DNA of 64,000 bases from Utricularia gibba (lineage: Eukaryota > Plantae > Magnoliophyta), in assembly GCA_002189035.1 (NCBI GenBank), contig NEEC01000013.1:2542001-2606000 (forward strand). The letters are read 5' to 3'. Shown here one piece after another: positions 61,582 through 64,000 of this stretch. The notes under the pieces were generated by a model. It ran no database searches, was not told where the DNA came from, and saw only the letters and a list, made by a program, of their open reading frames with translations. Made by a program: the position numbers and the translations under genes. Numbering within the stretch: the first letter of the stretch is position 1; each line of letters starts with the position of its first letter.

Positions 61582-63280
61582 ATGAAAAGAACAAGGGGGA
61601 TTGCTCCTCCGCCGTCGACTCCTCCAACGCCGTCGCTGCGGAAGCCTTTCAGTAAGCACCTGGAGCCCATCTCCAGGAAGCGAGGAAATATCCTGCGGAA
61701 AGTGGTATCAATTAACGCGGTCGAATGGAAGAGCCTCGGCATCGACAAATCCGAGCTCTGCTTGCCGCTCACCTTTCCCACAGGCCAAACTTTCCGGTGG
61801 AAAAGTACTGGGCATTTACTGTACACGGGAGCAGTGGGGCGGCACCTCTTTTCGTTGAGGCAATTGGAGGATAACAGCATCTGGTACCATTGCCATTCCT
61901 CGGAAGACGAGGATATGGCGCGAAACCGTCTTTTTGATTTTCTTAACATGGGATCTCTTTGTGTGAGATGTGGAACGACTTCAAGGCTGCTGATCCCAGG
62001 TTTGCTGAGCTTGCCTTGTATTTGGAAGGGGCTAGGGTTCTGAGGCAGGATCCTTTGGAGTGCTTGATTCAGTTTATTTGCTCTTCCAATAATAACATTC
62101 AAAGGATTACTAAAATGGTGGATTTCATTTCTTCCAAGGGGAAGCTTTTGGGAATGTGGGAGGATATGACTTTTTTGAGTTCCCCAGTCTAGAAAGATTA
62201 GCTCTTCTCTCAGATTCTGAGCTAAGAGAAGCTGGTTTTGGTTATAGGTAAACTCAAGTACTTCCATCTTTTCACTCTTAGAGGCACAATTCATTAAATT
62301 CTGTTCAATTTGGGATAGCTATAGTATGGCTTTTTAGGATGATGTCTGTTATATTTATTTAATATAAGAATATTTGCATGTTTTGGGTTGGATAGTTTGC
62401 TTTTAAGCATGATGAGCTGCTACATTTACTTGATATGCGAATGCCTCTATGTTTTTATATATAATAGCCTACGCAAGCACGAGGATAAGGTAGCATGTCA
62501 AATGCCATGGTGTACAAATTCTGAGTATTTACAAGTTAAAAGACGAGCCATGGCATTTATATTGTGCGAAAAGCAAACCCAATTGCATGCATGTAGGGAA
62601 ACCAGGTATACTTTCCTGGTTTGCGGCCAATTCAGATATAACTTACGTAATGGTTGTCTTGTTTCTTCTGAACAGCAATGGTTTTTTTTTTTTTTTTCTG
62701 TTGTTAAACTTTTTTGGGCTTCCTTTGATCCCTTGGAAACCAAATGAACAGGGCAAAGTACATCGTTGGTGCTGTGGAAGCCTTGAGATCAAAGTCAGGT
62801 GGTGGTTCGGAATGGCTCGCTTCACTTCGTGAACTAGATCTTCATGATGCAATAGAATCCCTCTCCAGTCTACCTGGCGTCGGGCCAAAGGTAGCAGCTT
62901 GTGTTGCCCTTTTCTCATTGGATCAACATCAGTCTGTTCCAGTAGACACCCATGTGTGGAAGGTGAGGAGGATTGTTTCTCCTCTTCCTTGTTAACTTGT
63001 AGGAGAACCACACAGACTACAGAGCTAAATATGATATGTATTGCAGATTGCCACGAGGGATCTCCTCCCTGAACTTGCTGGTACCCGTTTCACTCCAAAA
63101 CTGCACAAGTATGTTGCTGAGAGGTTCATCTGCAAGTACGGCAAGTTTGCAGGATGGGCACAGACTCTACTTTTCATTTCTGAACTTCCTTCCCAAAAAA
63201 CAGCCATAATGCGGCTCGAAGGGGATACCTCCACAAAGCCAAGAAACACGAAAGATGAAAACGGATTGACAAGTGAATGA
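61582..63280 (+). CDS. OGG1: 8-oxoguanine DNA glycosylase/AP lyase, 3 exons, two apparent 1-nt deletions (61950-61952, 62150-62152)
   Basis: LPLTFPTGQTFRW, GARVLRQDPLECLIQFICSSNNNIQRITKM, LREAGFGYR|AKYI, HhH-GPD motif LPGVGPKVAACVALF..VPVDTHVW, and YGKFAGWAQTLLF. Confidence 0.95.
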
Positions 63281-64000
63281 GGATCAGTCCTTAACAGGCA
63301 CCTGAGTAAAATCACTTCCCCTGCTGAGTCAACTGAGTGTTATCATGGCCATTGAAATTCATTCAGATTTGTATAAATGAAACAGGGATTCCATGTCTGA
63401 GTTCCTGAAAATGCATACAACCAGTTGTAGCCCATGCTGTTCAGGTTGAGGATTCACTCTCAAAATTGATTAATATCATTTTAGTCCCCTGAATTGTTCA
63501 TAATTTCAACTTGTTCACATAGCAACGCAGTTTAATTATAAATTACATAAAAAATCATTCCTAATCAGTTGTTTGAGTTTCATTCATTAAAAACATTTTT
63601 CAAAAAAATAATTTTATTAAAAATAAAAAAATGCTTACAAATTTCTGATAGAATGAATATTAAGTGGTTTTTCCTACAATATACAGTGACACCACATTCC
63701 ACAGTTGGAAGGAATGAAGTACTTATGTAAATAGAAAAGAGCTTATAAATTAAAGCTTTTTTTTATATATATAATGCCCCCACCAGGAGCTGAAGCAGGC
63801 ACCCGGTGACCGTCCATCATCTCTAGCTGCATCACATCATCCTCTTCTTCGGTGCTTGCATTTATGCCCATGGCCAGTTTCTCCCCCAACTTCCCAGCTC
63901 TCGCTGCGCCCACATCGCAATCCCATACTAAGGCGGTGTTGGCGCTCAGGCCTTATCTTTCTTTTGGGGCTTCGAGGAAGTTTCAATTTTGCTCATTGGT

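Noticed and set aside
20002-62152. Calling the six frameshifted genes pseudogenes, or invoking programmed frameshifting
   Set aside because: There are no other lesions, splice sites and promoters are intact, several genes are normally important housekeeping genes, and no shared slippery-site or stimulator structure is visible. A homopolymer error is more parsimonious.
61530-62294. 254-aa minus-strand ORF opposite OGG1
   Set aside because: No domain; its openness depends on the two probable assembly deletions in OGG1.
63907-63917. cgcccacatcg resembling the plant snRNA USE (RTCCCACATCG)
   Set aside because: Mismatch at the conserved 5' positions, no correctly spaced TATA and no snRNA sequence downstream.
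63946-64000. Possible 3' end of a minus-strand CDS at the window edge (..PMSKIETSSKPQKKDKA*)
   Set aside because: Too short to identify; needs the adjacent window.

Overview
Plant nuclear DNA, probably a eudicot with a compact genome. I reconstruct 19 protein-coding genes in 64 kb, mostly with short introns. In order: polyamine transporter, GPI-anchored LTP, AP2-domain factor, lipase/P-loop fusion protein, ACT-repeat protein, DYW-type PPR, SMP/C2 synaptotagmin-like protein, group-G bZIP, two-domain B3 protein, MINDY deubiquitinase, PGRL1, an unknown plastid protein, plastid EF-G, HOP/STI1, SKU5, NRAMP, cyclin A1, a TolB-like beta-propeller and OGG1. I found no supportable transposon, tRNA, rRNA, miRNA or organellar insertion. 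The clearest window-wide pattern is seven single-base deletions in six otherwise intact genes, plus one candidate, all in G/C homopolymer runs; these are most likely assembly errors. I found no clearly new multi-gene system. The best leads are the uncharacterised lipase-GTPase fusion, the PGRL1/unknown-gene bidirectional promoter beside plastid EF-G, and several non-B-DNA repeat elements. Arabidopsis locus names are from memory, not a database search, and exon boundaries were read by eye.
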